From contig JALUXP010000043.1 in assembly GCA_027013295.1 (NCBI GenBank), positions 12,101-76,100 on the forward strand: a DNA stretch of 64,000 nt, read 5' to 3'. The position numbers and the translations under genes are program-made. Source of the stretch: Sulfurimonas sp. GTDB taxonomy: Bacteria > Campylobacterota > Campylobacteria > Campylobacterales > Sulfurimonadaceae. Positions 18,775-27,845 of this stretch are shown here, one piece after another. Every line of letters begins with the position of its first letter. Within the stretch, counting starts at the first letter, position 1. The notes below the pieces were generated by a model. It saw only the letters and a list, made by a program, of their open reading frames with translations, did not search any database and had not been told where the DNA came from.

Positions 18775-21700
18775 CTACATATTTAGCTCAACTGCTTCAA
18801 ACTCATCATCAAGATTTTTCTTAAATCTATAGTATTTGATATAATCTGGTTTAGAGTATGTTGGTTCAGGTGTTACAAATACTATGCCAAACCCTTTTGA
18901 ATTTGCAAACTCTCTGAGGCGTTCTTGATTTGCACTATGTAGACGCGAGACTTCATCTACTATGAGAAAAAATGGCGTATCATCCTCCTTGACAAAGAGC
19001 TTGAGGATGGAGATGGCTATAGCGATTTTGAGGAGGATGCTCCCCCCTGTTGAACTTTCATTTTTGAGTTGTGCTACTTGGCTGACATGTTTTCCATTTT
19101 CATTGAAAGAAAGGCTCAAGTCTAAGGTATCACGCAGAGAGATAGCACTTCCTTTAAGTTCCCCTTTTATCATTGCAAACTTATCTTCAAGAGAGTCAAG
19201 CTCGTCCATCACATCTTTTTTATCATAAAAAAGAGAGCCTTCACTAAGTAATGAGCTAAGGTTAGATACATTTGCTTCTAAATCTTTAAGTATCCTAGCT
19301 ATAGACTTTTTATCTGTCGTTTTTGTATCGATACGAATATCTTTGATAACCCCAAAATCAACTTTTGAAAGATTTTTATTGATTTTTGCCACTTGAGTAA
19401 AAAATTTATCCTCAGAATCAGAAAAAATGGACATTTTTGTTGGTAGTAGGTTGTTGACAAAATTCACAAAGTCTTTATGTCCATTCTCTTTAACTATCTC
19501 TAAAGTTTTGTTCTTAAACTCTACTATCTCATCTATCTTTGTTAAAATATTTGGTGCTAGAGATATAAAAAAGTCATTTTCTAACTCCTCTATCTTGAAG
19601 TTAATATCTATCTCACCTTGGATGTTTTTGAGGATGTTTATTCTGTTGAGCATCGAGCCTAGTTTTGTTTTTTTCGCTTCATAGGTGATAAGTTTTTTAT
19701 CATACTTAGAGAGTACATCATCCAAAAACTCATCACTTTGTTTTGATGCAACATCCTCTAAGTCAAGCTCCATCTCATCATAACGAGATAAACCCTCATC
19801 ATAATTTTTTATCTTTAAAGTTATCTCTTTTTTCTCTAACACTAAATCTTTTTCATTTTGAGATAAGACTTTGATTTTAAGTTCAAGTTTGTCTTTAAAC
19901 TCTTTAGTTTTAAACCGAACTCTCTCAAGCTTCACAACAAGCTTATCTAAAGAGGTGATTTTAGATTCTACTTTTGCATATTCACTCAGATATTCAATTG
20001 CCCTATCACTAAGTCTTAACTCTTCATGTTTATTTCTCAACTCCACTTCAAGATGCACTATCTGCTCATCTTGTGTCGTTTCAAATTTCTTTGCTTCTTT
20101 GATCCGTATCTTTGCATCGAGAGATTTTCTCTCCTCATTGAGCCATCTTTGAATATTTTCTTTTAAAATAAAAAGATTTTTTTCATAACTTGAGTGGAGT
20201 GTATTTATATATTGTTTTGAATTTGTTTTTTCTTTTTCCATACTTTGATGCAGAGCATCTATACTATTTTGGCACTCTTCACTCTCAATACTCAACTTTT
20301 CAAGAAGTTTATTTTGTTGTGCATCATCCTCTTTATACTGAGCATTGGTATCCATCGTTTGACTTAAAAAGATCTTTTGTACCTCTATGAGTTTTTGCTC
20401 ACTCTCTTTTATAGCAACAAGCTTTAACTCTATCTCTTTTTCATTGAGTTGTATTTTAAGTTCTAGCTCTCTTGAATCATCTTCAAACTTCACTTTGAGG
20501 GTTTTGATGCTCTGCTTATACACCTCCTCCGCCATTTTGAGTTTGTTTTGCACAAGTTCTATCTCTATCTCTGCTTCATCACGAGTGAGTATCTTTTTAA
20601 GCTTATCATAGGAAATAGATATCCCAAAAAGCTTACTTGCTTCATGCAAAGAAGGGTTTAATTCTTTGACATCCATCTCTAAAAGTTTTGTATCGAGGAT
20701 GGGAAAAAGCTCACTCTCCCAGCCATCTACCTCTTCATTGAGGTACTCTTTAAACGAACCCTCTTTGGAGTAAATCATACTCTCAAAGGTTTCTATCTGC
20801 GAAGACAACCTTTGTTTTTCTTCTTCAAATTCCTCATCTTTTACCCGCATATCTCGGTTAAGTTTGTATCGTAAGTTTTCTACACTATTTGCTATGTTTT
20901 TGTTTTCAAACTCAAACTTACTTATGGTTTGATTCGCCAAAGAGACAGACTCTTCTTCTTTGAGTATATCTGCATCCTTTTGGAGTTTAAGTACCCTTAG
21001 GTCATCACTGAGTTTAGTATTTAAGCGTTCTTTTTCTTTTTTTATTGCTTGAGATTTTTGTTCCTTAGAGATGATATTTTGTTTATGCAGGGCTATCTCA
21101 TGATCCATCTTTTCTACAAAGAGTTTTAACTCTAGTTCACTTTTGTTAGTAGCTGATTCTAACTCATTTTTAAATAAAATCTTCTGATTAAACTCCTTGT
21201 CTTCCGCCTCACGAGCAAGCTCTTTATCGCGTCTATACTCAAGAGTTTTGATCTCTTTTTCTATGTTTTGGAGAGCATCTTCAAAACCAGATTTAAGTTT
21301 TACATAACTACTATTAAGTGCATCTAAACTCTCTTTTATCTCTGTATATCTATCTGCTAAATCTTTATTTTTTAAGATATTTTGACTTGAAAATTTCTCT
21401 TTTAGTCGTGATATCTCTTCTATATCTAAACTTAAAGAGTTCATAAGTTTGGTTGATTTATCTTGATAGCATCTGAGTTTTTTTTCTATCGACCTTTTAG
21501 TTTCTTTAACCCTATCTTGCTCTTTGAGTATCACCCCATCTCTTTTGAGTGCAAGACTTAATAACTCTTCTTCTTTTGGGTACAGATACTTTATCTTCTC
21601 TTTGAGGTGATGCACAGAACTCTCTAGCTCTAAAAGTTCCCCTTTTAAAACATAAGATGCATCTATGGAGCTTTTCTGTCTTTCAAACTCTCTAAAAAAT

Positions 21701-22350
21701 TTATATTTTGATTGAAAATCATATATTTTTTGCAAATACTCATCATAATTAAAGTCAATAACTTCTTTTTCAACATCAAGTGTTGTCTGGATCGCTTTTT
21801 TGATACTTTTAGAATCGATGATAGATTTATCTATATTAAATATCTCATTAAAAAGCCCTATAAAAATATCGCTATTTTTTATCTTAGTGAAGCAAAAATC
21901 ACTATATTTGCTATCGTGTCCATAGATAATATTCCTATATTCACTTAAAGATTTTACTGTTTTTTTAAGGTTTGGCTCTTTTGTGTATCTTTTTATCTCT
22001 GAGAGTTCTGAGAGGTTTCCATCGCTATCTACTATGCGTGTTTTATCAAAGGTTTGTTTTGAAAAAAGTTTTACTATCTCTCCACTGGCTTTATACATCA
22101 AGATGAAAAAATCATCAAACACATAGATCATATAGGAATTTTGATATCTAAAATAATACTCTTTAAAGCCATCTTTATCTGTTGGGATGCCTAGGTTTCG
22201 CACATCTCCACTAAAGAGATAGTGTATCGCACGGATAACAGTTGTTTTTCCACTTCCATTGTCCCCCAGAAAGAACAAGTCTTTTGACATATCGACTTCA
22301 AGGTAATTAAAATTTGCACTATTTATGAGTATGATTTTCTTTAAGTTCAT
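18775..22350 (-). CDS. SMC-like ABC ATPase with long coiled coil (JetC/MksB-like candidate)
   Basis: 1191 aa. Walker A 'GDNGSGKTT' at residues 29-37, then hundreds of K/E/L-rich coiled-coil-like residues. C-terminal signature-like 'SSTGGS' and Walker B/D-loop 'FFLIVDEVSRL'. RBS GGAGGG lies inside the upstream gene's end. Confidence 0.7.
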   Translation of the reverse strand: MNLKKIILINSANFNYLEVDMSKDLFFLGDNGSGKTTVIRAIHYLFSGDVRNLGIPTDKDGFKEYYFRYQNSYMIYVFDDFFILMYKASGEIVKLFSKQTFDKTRIVDSDGNLSELSEIKRYTKEPNLKKTVKSLSEYRNIIYGHDSKYSDFCFTKIKNSDIFIGLFNEIFNIDKSIIDSKSIKKAIQTTLDVEKEVIDFNYDEYLQKIYDFQSKYKFFREFERQKSSIDASYVLKGELLELESSVHHLKEKIKYLYPKEEELLSLALKRDGVILKEQDRVKETKRSIEKKLRCYQDKSTKLMNSLSLDIEEISRLKEKFSSQNILKNKDLADRYTEIKESLDALNSSYVKLKSGFEDALQNIEKEIKTLEYRRDKELAREAEDKEFNQKILFKNELESATNKSELELKLFVEKMDHEIALHKQNIISKEQKSQAIKKEKERLNTKLSDDLRVLKLQKDADILKEEESVSLANQTISKFEFENKNIANSVENLRYKLNRDMRVKDEEFEEEKQRLSSQIETFESMIYSKEGSFKEYLNEEVDGWESELFPILDTKLLEMDVKELNPSLHEASKLFGISISYDKLKKILTRDEAEIEIELVQNKLKMAEEVYKQSIKTLKVKFEDDSRELELKIQLNEKEIELKLVAIKESEQKLIEVQKIFLSQTMDTNAQYKEDDAQQNKLLEKLSIESEECQNSIDALHQSMEKEKTNSKQYINTLHSSYEKNLFILKENIQRWLNEERKSLDAKIRIKEAKKFETTQDEQIVHLEVELRNKHEELRLSDRAIEYLSEYAKVESKITSLDKLVVKLERVRFKTKEFKDKLELKIKVLSQNEKDLVLEKKEITLKIKNYDEGLSRYDEMELDLEDVASKQSDEFLDDVLSKYDKKLITYEAKKTKLGSMLNRINILKNIQGEIDINFKIEELENDFFISLAPNILTKIDEIVEFKNKTLEIVKENGHKDFVNFVNNLLPTKMSIFSDSEDKFFTQVAKINKNLSKVDFGVIKDIRIDTKTTDKKSIARILKDLEANVSNLSSLLSEGSLFYDKKDVMDELDSLEDKFAMIKGELKGSAISLRDTLDLSLSFNENGKHVSQVAQLKNESSTGGSILLKIAIAISILKLFVKEDDTPFFLIVDEVSRLHSANQERLREFANSKGFGIVFVTPEPTYSKPDYIKYYRFKKNLDDEFEAVELNM

Positions 22351-22354
22351 TGTC

Positions 22355-22888
22355 CTATCCCTCCACTACGCTTTGTACTATTTTTGTATAGTATTCTAAG
22401 CTGTTAAGTACCAAATATTCATCTTTTGAGTCGCTATTTTTAAGCTCAAAAAGATTATGTTTTGTGAGCAAGTCAAAAAACTTCTCCACTGCATCAAGGA
22501 GATCTTTGGTGTTGAAAAGATACTCAAGTTTTTGCTCAAAAGAGACATCATCTTTTTGTTTGAGAAGGTGGGTAAAGTCAGTTTGTTTGATGATGTCTCC
22601 CCTATCTACATAGGGATAAAGTTGTTTGAGTAGAGCTATAGCTATGAAGATATTTTTATGTGTGTTCATAAAAGCACTTACCTCTGTGTCACCGAGTTTC
22701 TCTTTTTTACTGATGAAGAAATATCCGTTTTCACCCACAAGAGTAAAACCTAGCTTTTTGAGTATCTCACTCAGCTCATCATAGTTTTCATCTATCATCA
22801 AAAACTTTGCTTCATTAAGATACTTTTGTGAATTTATACTCACCATGATGCCCTTACTAAGGACTTTAAAAACTTCATCTATTCCCAT
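22355..22888 (-). CDS. Hypothetical small protein, KITE-position (JetB/MksE-like candidate)
   Basis: 177 aa. Sits between a mid-sized protein and the SMC-like ATPase with a 10-nt overlap upstream and a 4-nt gap downstream. The call rests on position and size; no diagnostic motif was readable. Confidence 0.4.
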   Translation of the reverse strand: MGIDEVFKVLSKGIMVSINSQKYLNEAKFLMIDENYDELSEILKKLGFTLVGENGYFFISKKEKLGDTEVSAFMNTHKNIFIAIALLKQLYPYVDRGDIIKQTDFTHLLKQKDDVSFEQKLEYLFNTKDLLDAVEKFFDLLTKHNLFELKNSDSKDEYLVLNSLEYYTKIVQSVVEG

Positions 22889-23973
22889 TTTGCTACCTTT
22901 ATACCAAACTCATTAAACTCATCTTGAAAATGCAATTTTTCATGCGTAGTGATTTGCAAGTAAAGTTTAAACGCTTCTTCTTTTAATTTTAGCCCTTCAT
23001 ATATGGTCAACTCTTTATGATTGTGGATATATACAAAGATATCATCGCATTTTGTTGCATCTAAACCTTTGAGTATATCTTCTATGTTGATGATGTCCAA
23101 TTTTTGTGTTTGCTGAGGCTTTATGGTCGAAGACTTTATCTTCTTTTTCACTTCAAAACCATCTAAGAGAACTTTAGCAGCCTTATTGACCTTGTAAATA
23201 TCTCTATCGCTTGGATAAGTGATCACTCTATGTCTTTGATTTTTAACGATGGTATGATAGAGATGTTTTTTATGTAAAAGTAAGTATTCATCAAGCTCTT
23301 GTGTTTTTTCATCTAAGATTTGGTTTGCGAGTTTTGAGAGTTTTTTATTTTGGAGGCGTCTGTTTTTTGTCTGAATCAAAAAGGCACTTATCTGTTTGAT
23401 GTAACTTTCTATATTTTGAATATATTTTAAAATATCTACACTTATGCTTGAGAGTAGTGCATCTACTTCTGCATCTATATCTCGAAGATCTTCACGAAAA
23501 AGTTTCCCTATTTTTGTATTTGCTTCTATGAGTTCATCAATTTTTTCAAGTATATCATTTGCATTTTGTATCAGTATATCTATATCTAGTGAGGTGTCAT
23601 TTTCAACTCGTAGGAGAAGTACTTGTATCTCACGGTCACGGTTAAAAAACTTAAAAAATAGACTCTCTATGAGATCAATGAGCTGGTTTTTGTAGTGCTC
23701 ATTTTTGTTTTCTAAAAAGCGATTTTTATTTTTGACAAGCTCTTTGTACTCTTTTTCATAATCCCCAAAGATGATGCTGTAATCCACCCTTTGCAAGACT
23801 GAATCGACAAAGTTCAGATAGTTTTTGTTAAGTTTGTAAGTACCACTTATCTTTATAAAAAGTGAAGAGTCACTAAGCTCCTCTTCAACAGAGTCTATAC
23901 TACCATCACGATATACTCTATCTATGAGTTCTTTATTGTCATGAACAAGTTTTAAGAGTTCTAAGTGTTTCAT
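22879..23973 (-). CDS. Hypothetical protein, kleisin-position (JetA/MksF-like candidate)
   Basis: 364 aa, largely helical. ATGA overlap with the methyltransferase stop. The call rests on operon position ahead of the small protein and the SMC-like ATPase. Confidence 0.35.
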   Translation of the reverse strand: MKHLELLKLVHDNKELIDRVYRDGSIDSVEEELSDSSLFIKISGTYKLNKNYLNFVDSVLQRVDYSIIFGDYEKEYKELVKNKNRFLENKNEHYKNQLIDLIESLFFKFFNRDREIQVLLLRVENDTSLDIDILIQNANDILEKIDELIEANTKIGKLFREDLRDIDAEVDALLSSISVDILKYIQNIESYIKQISAFLIQTKNRRLQNKKLSKLANQILDEKTQELDEYLLLHKKHLYHTIVKNQRHRVITYPSDRDIYKVNKAAKVLLDGFEVKKKIKSSTIKPQQTQKLDIINIEDILKGLDATKCDDIFVYIHNHKELTIYEGLKLKEEAFKLYLQITTHEKLHFQDEFNEFGIKVAKWE

Positions 23974-26900
23974 CTGTTCGTACTCTCTTGTATAAGTTGT
24001 ATCTCTTTTGGACTTAAGTCATAAAGTTTATAAACTAGAGCATCTATCTCATCTTCTAAATGTTGTGTCTCTTCTTTTTTCTCTTTTAGTTTTATGATTT
24101 TATCTACTAAGGTTTCAAATGGTTTTGTATCTTCATGAGAATATATAGGTATCTTCATAAATTGATTTTTATCAATTTGAAGTAATTCTCCAGTATGTTT
24201 CAACCTCTCGCTCATATAAAAATAGATTAATGTTGAGTTAAGAAGTGCTGTCATATACTTTAAATTAATTCTTGATGATTTTATAAAAAATAGATTTCTC
24301 GAACCATAAAAAGCTTTTTCAGTATATGCAAAATCACCTTTTCTACTTCTAGAAGCAAAAATAATTTTAGCCCCATCTTTAAAAAACTCTTCATTTCTTT
24401 CTCTATGTAAATAATAGTAAGGCTTATTTGGTGTTTTGTAACTTATTTTCTTTTCTATTAAAAGTTTTTTATTTGCTTTAAAATAATCTTTAATATTAAA
24501 AAAATTATTGATATTTTTATCGCTAAAGTTATTTTTATGAATATAGATTATATATTTATCGCTATCCTTTGTAAAATACTTATGTGTATTTGTATGAAGC
24601 ATTTTAATATACTCTTTTTCTTCTATATTAAATTTATTCAACTCATTCTTTTTAACTATAAAAGCTTTATCGGGTGCTCCTATTATTCCTTGAATAATCT
24701 CTTTTTTTGCATCAAATTCAAAATTCTTTTTATTATCAATTTTTGTTAAAATAATTTCATTTTCTAAAGATGAAAAAGTTAGATTATGACTTGCATCATA
24801 ATTTTTATCTATGCTTTTCACTTCAAATTTTAAATTATAGTTTTCTAATTTTTTCTTAATTTTTTCAATACTTTGTTGTTCAAATTTTATATACTTTATA
24901 TTATGCGTTTTATTGTTTTTATTTTTTGTAGCTAAGAACATCATCGTTTGAACATCAGCATTTTCAAATATTAAGTTTGAACCGAAGTCTATGATATACT
25001 TCAATTCTGTATTTTTATATAGTGATGCTCTCATTTTAGATGCTGATGCACTACTAAACCATTGATTTTTCGCTATAAAAGACACGCTTGCATTTTCTTT
25101 TAAAAGCTCTATAGCTTTGCAAGTAAATATATGCCAGATATCTGTTTTGCCTTGATAACAATCCAGCTGATGCAATCCTTCAAAAGCCTGTTTGTTTTCA
25201 TCTTCCATAATATACGGCGGATTCCCTATAATCAAATCAAACCCACCCCTATCCATAACCTCTTTGAAGAACATTTTATATAAAAATATTTTATTTGAAT
25301 AGTGATTTTTATACATATCATGCAAAATATTTACTATGAGGTTAGCTGTTTTTGCTTCTTGCATCTCTTGCTTTGTTACGCCAATGAGTCCAAGTTGCTT
25401 TGAATACTTTTTTAGACCCTCATCAAAAAGAGTTTTTAAATTGAGATTTATCTTTGTTCTGAGTCCATCTTTTTTATGTTTATTGTGTTCATCATAATAT
25501 TGGCGAAACTGTTCATCGAGTTTCTTAAGAGTCTCAACTCTAATTTGCTCAGCTTTTGAACCTTTTTTTCTCTCTTTCATCAGGTCAAAACCATTAGCAG
25601 TCTCTATCAAACTATTGCCAACCATAATCTTATAAAAAAGGTTTGGTAATGGCTTTGGCTCTACTTCATCTACTACGATGCTCAGCCAAAACCTAAGTTT
25701 TGCGATCTCTACTGCACTCTCCTCTATGTCTATGCCGTAGATGTTGTTTTCTATAATCTCTCTTTTCATTTGAGAGAGCGGTGTAGTATCCCCTAAAACT
25801 AACCTTGCATCTACTATCTCGTGCAAAACTCCCATAGGAAACGCACCAGAACCGATGGCTGGATCTAAAACCTTTATGGCTCTAAGCTTGGATTTCATGA
25901 TATCTTTTAGTTTATCTTGGGATAGTGTTGAGTTATTAAGTAGCTTATTGATAGTTTGGTTGTAGTAGTCTTTATCTCTTAAAAATGCTTTTAATGTAAA
26001 GTTTGTTATACTATTGATCTTAAAAGAGTTGTGAAACGCGGAAAGTCCTTTTTGGACAACTGCTTGCCGCGGAAGCTCTCCTTCATCTTGAAGTGGTTCT
26101 GCATAGAGGGAACGGCAGTCCTCTCTCAACTCTTTTATATCTTCATAAACATCACCATTAAATACAAAATTATCCTTCGAGATATCCTCAAATGAGTTAG
26201 AGAGCTTTTTTAACTTCTTTTGTATGTTTTTATATCTCATTGGAAATATTGTCGTTAACTCTAAATCACCCCAAATATTTGGAAGAAAAGCTAATGCAAA
26301 GTATTGCTCATCAATCTGTATATACTTAAGTATTGTTGGATATTTATATGATTTTTTTAACCGTATCTCTTTACTTGAGCCAAAACTAACCCCGATTGGC
26401 TTATACTCTTTTTTTAAAATTTTACTCCATATTTGAGCCGTGACCTCAGGATGACCTTTTGAATGCACTTGTTTTTTTGTTCTAGTTCCATCACTATTTA
26501 GGAGCAAACCTCTCAACTTGGTCACCATATAAAAATCAACAACTAAACTCTTATATGGCAACATTAAAGTAAAATAATTTTCAATTTTTATAAATTTTAT
26601 GGGATGCTTTTCATAAAAATTTAAAATTTCACTATCGCTTAGAGTGGTCTTTTCTAAAAATTCCTCTGTATTAAAAAGATAACTGTACTCTTTTAGCTCA
26701 CTCTCAAGATGGTTATGTATAGATCTCTTTGCCATAAAATGAACTATCTCTCGTGGGGTATAAAAAGCACCTTTTTCCTTTCTATCTTCAAGGAGATCTT
26801 CAAAAACACGGCCTAACATTTCAGGGTCTATAGCTACTTCGCTCTCATGAGGAGTGTCCTCTATGATGGTAAAGTTATAACTACTAAAGGTATCAAATAT

Positions 26901-27845
26901 ATTTTTAAAAACCTCATTACTAAGCATCACAACTGGGTTTTGCTTAGAGTCTTCATCAAATTTACTTGGAGTAAAAAGTCCACCATTTAGAAACGGTATC
27001 TTACATTCCAAAGGTTTAAAATAATCATTTTCTCTAGCACTATTTAATGCTCTGAAAAATAAAGGGTTGAGTATGTCCCCATAAAAATCATTGGCGTTGT
27101 CATAGGAAGTGTACTCATGATAAAGTTTGTTTAAAAACTCTCTGTCCCCATCACCCCACTCTTTTTTTGAGCCTAACCAACCTTTTTTTTGCAAAAAATA
27201 CAAAAAAACGATGCGACCTAAAAGCTTTTTAGCAAATAGCCTCAAGTGAGCATCACTACCATAGAACAAAGCAATCTCAGGCTTTAGCGTTTCCATCAAA
27301 TCAAAATAAAGTTTTTTATACTCATCAAAAAACTTATTAGAGACTCTCTCAACCGAGAAAATATCTTGCAAATCTTTTATGGTTCTTGCACTGGGTAATT
27401 GCCCCAACTGCTCAAGTGCAGTTTTTTGAACTATATTTTTACCGATCTCAAAGGTATATCTTTGTGGTTTTGTTTTGAGCTCTTTTTTGTTTGCATCTGT
27501 AAATTCTATATTTACAAATGACAATCTCCATGTATCACTTTTTGGGTGAAAAATAGCCACTATTGCACCATCAAACGAGTATTTAGCTGGAACAAGCGAA
27601 GATATAAACTTGTTAAATCCAACTCTAACATAATCTATATTTTTATTTTTAGCTTCAAAGATAAAAAAGTCTATACTATCTTTGTGCAACTTAGTATAAG
27701 CTACTCTTTGATATGATGAGATATACTTGTCATTCTCTACTTCATGAAGTGTCGCATCCACAAAAGTAGCGTTTAAACTCTCTTTTATAAACGAGATAAA
27801 ATTAGATTTATTGAAATTTTGATTTATTATATTTTCTAACTTCAT
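23970..27845 (-). CDS. Large gamma-class N6-adenine DNA methyltransferase (Eco57I/PglX/DrmMI-like)
   Basis: 1291 aa. 'GAFYTPREIV' (aa 359-368), 'VLDPAIGSGAFP' (aa 659-670), 'VGNSL' (aa 742-746) and 'IIGNPPYI' (aa 872-879; NPPY at nt 25212-25223). Helical 'LLGRIVFLYFLQKKGWLG'. C-terminal 'VYKLYDLSPKEIQLIQE' is typical of the family. Confidence 0.85.
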   Translation of the reverse strand: MKLENIINQNFNKSNFISFIKESLNATFVDATLHEVENDKYISSYQRVAYTKLHKDSIDFFIFEAKNKNIDYVRVGFNKFISSLVPAKYSFDGAIVAIFHPKSDTWRLSFVNIEFTDANKKELKTKPQRYTFEIGKNIVQKTALEQLGQLPSARTIKDLQDIFSVERVSNKFFDEYKKLYFDLMETLKPEIALFYGSDAHLRLFAKKLLGRIVFLYFLQKKGWLGSKKEWGDGDREFLNKLYHEYTSYDNANDFYGDILNPLFFRALNSARENDYFKPLECKIPFLNGGLFTPSKFDEDSKQNPVVMLSNEVFKNIFDTFSSYNFTIIEDTPHESEVAIDPEMLGRVFEDLLEDRKEKGAFYTPREIVHFMAKRSIHNHLESELKEYSYLFNTEEFLEKTTLSDSEILNFYEKHPIKFIKIENYFTLMLPYKSLVVDFYMVTKLRGLLLNSDGTRTKKQVHSKGHPEVTAQIWSKILKKEYKPIGVSFGSSKEIRLKKSYKYPTILKYIQIDEQYFALAFLPNIWGDLELTTIFPMRYKNIQKKLKKLSNSFEDISKDNFVFNGDVYEDIKELREDCRSLYAEPLQDEGELPRQAVVQKGLSAFHNSFKINSITNFTLKAFLRDKDYYNQTINKLLNNSTLSQDKLKDIMKSKLRAIKVLDPAIGSGAFPMGVLHEIVDARLVLGDTTPLSQMKREIIENNIYGIDIEESAVEIAKLRFWLSIVVDEVEPKPLPNLFYKIMVGNSLIETANGFDLMKERKKGSKAEQIRVETLKKLDEQFRQYYDEHNKHKKDGLRTKINLNLKTLFDEGLKKYSKQLGLIGVTKQEMQEAKTANLIVNILHDMYKNHYSNKIFLYKMFFKEVMDRGGFDLIIGNPPYIMEDENKQAFEGLHQLDCYQGKTDIWHIFTCKAIELLKENASVSFIAKNQWFSSASASKMRASLYKNTELKYIIDFGSNLIFENADVQTMMFLATKNKNNKTHNIKYIKFEQQSIEKIKKKLENYNLKFEVKSIDKNYDASHNLTFSSLENEIILTKIDNKKNFEFDAKKEIIQGIIGAPDKAFIVKKNELNKFNIEEKEYIKMLHTNTHKYFTKDSDKYIIYIHKNNFSDKNINNFFNIKDYFKANKKLLIEKKISYKTPNKPYYYLHRERNEEFFKDGAKIIFASRSRKGDFAYTEKAFYGSRNLFFIKSSRINLKYMTALLNSTLIYFYMSERLKHTGELLQIDKNQFMKIPIYSHEDTKPFETLVDKIIKLKEKKEETQHLEDEIDALVYKLYDLSPKEIQLIQESTNR

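Noticed and set aside
18962-21948. Six plus-strand ORFs (18962-19228, 19427-19684, 19871-20152, 20190-20390, 20387-20611, 21712-21948) inside the SMC-like gene, and 23444-23695 inside the 364-aa gene.
   Set aside because: They are S/L/F/I-rich low-complexity translations. This is the expected mirror image of a K/E/L-rich coiled-coil gene on the other strand. They have no RBS and no recognisable motifs.
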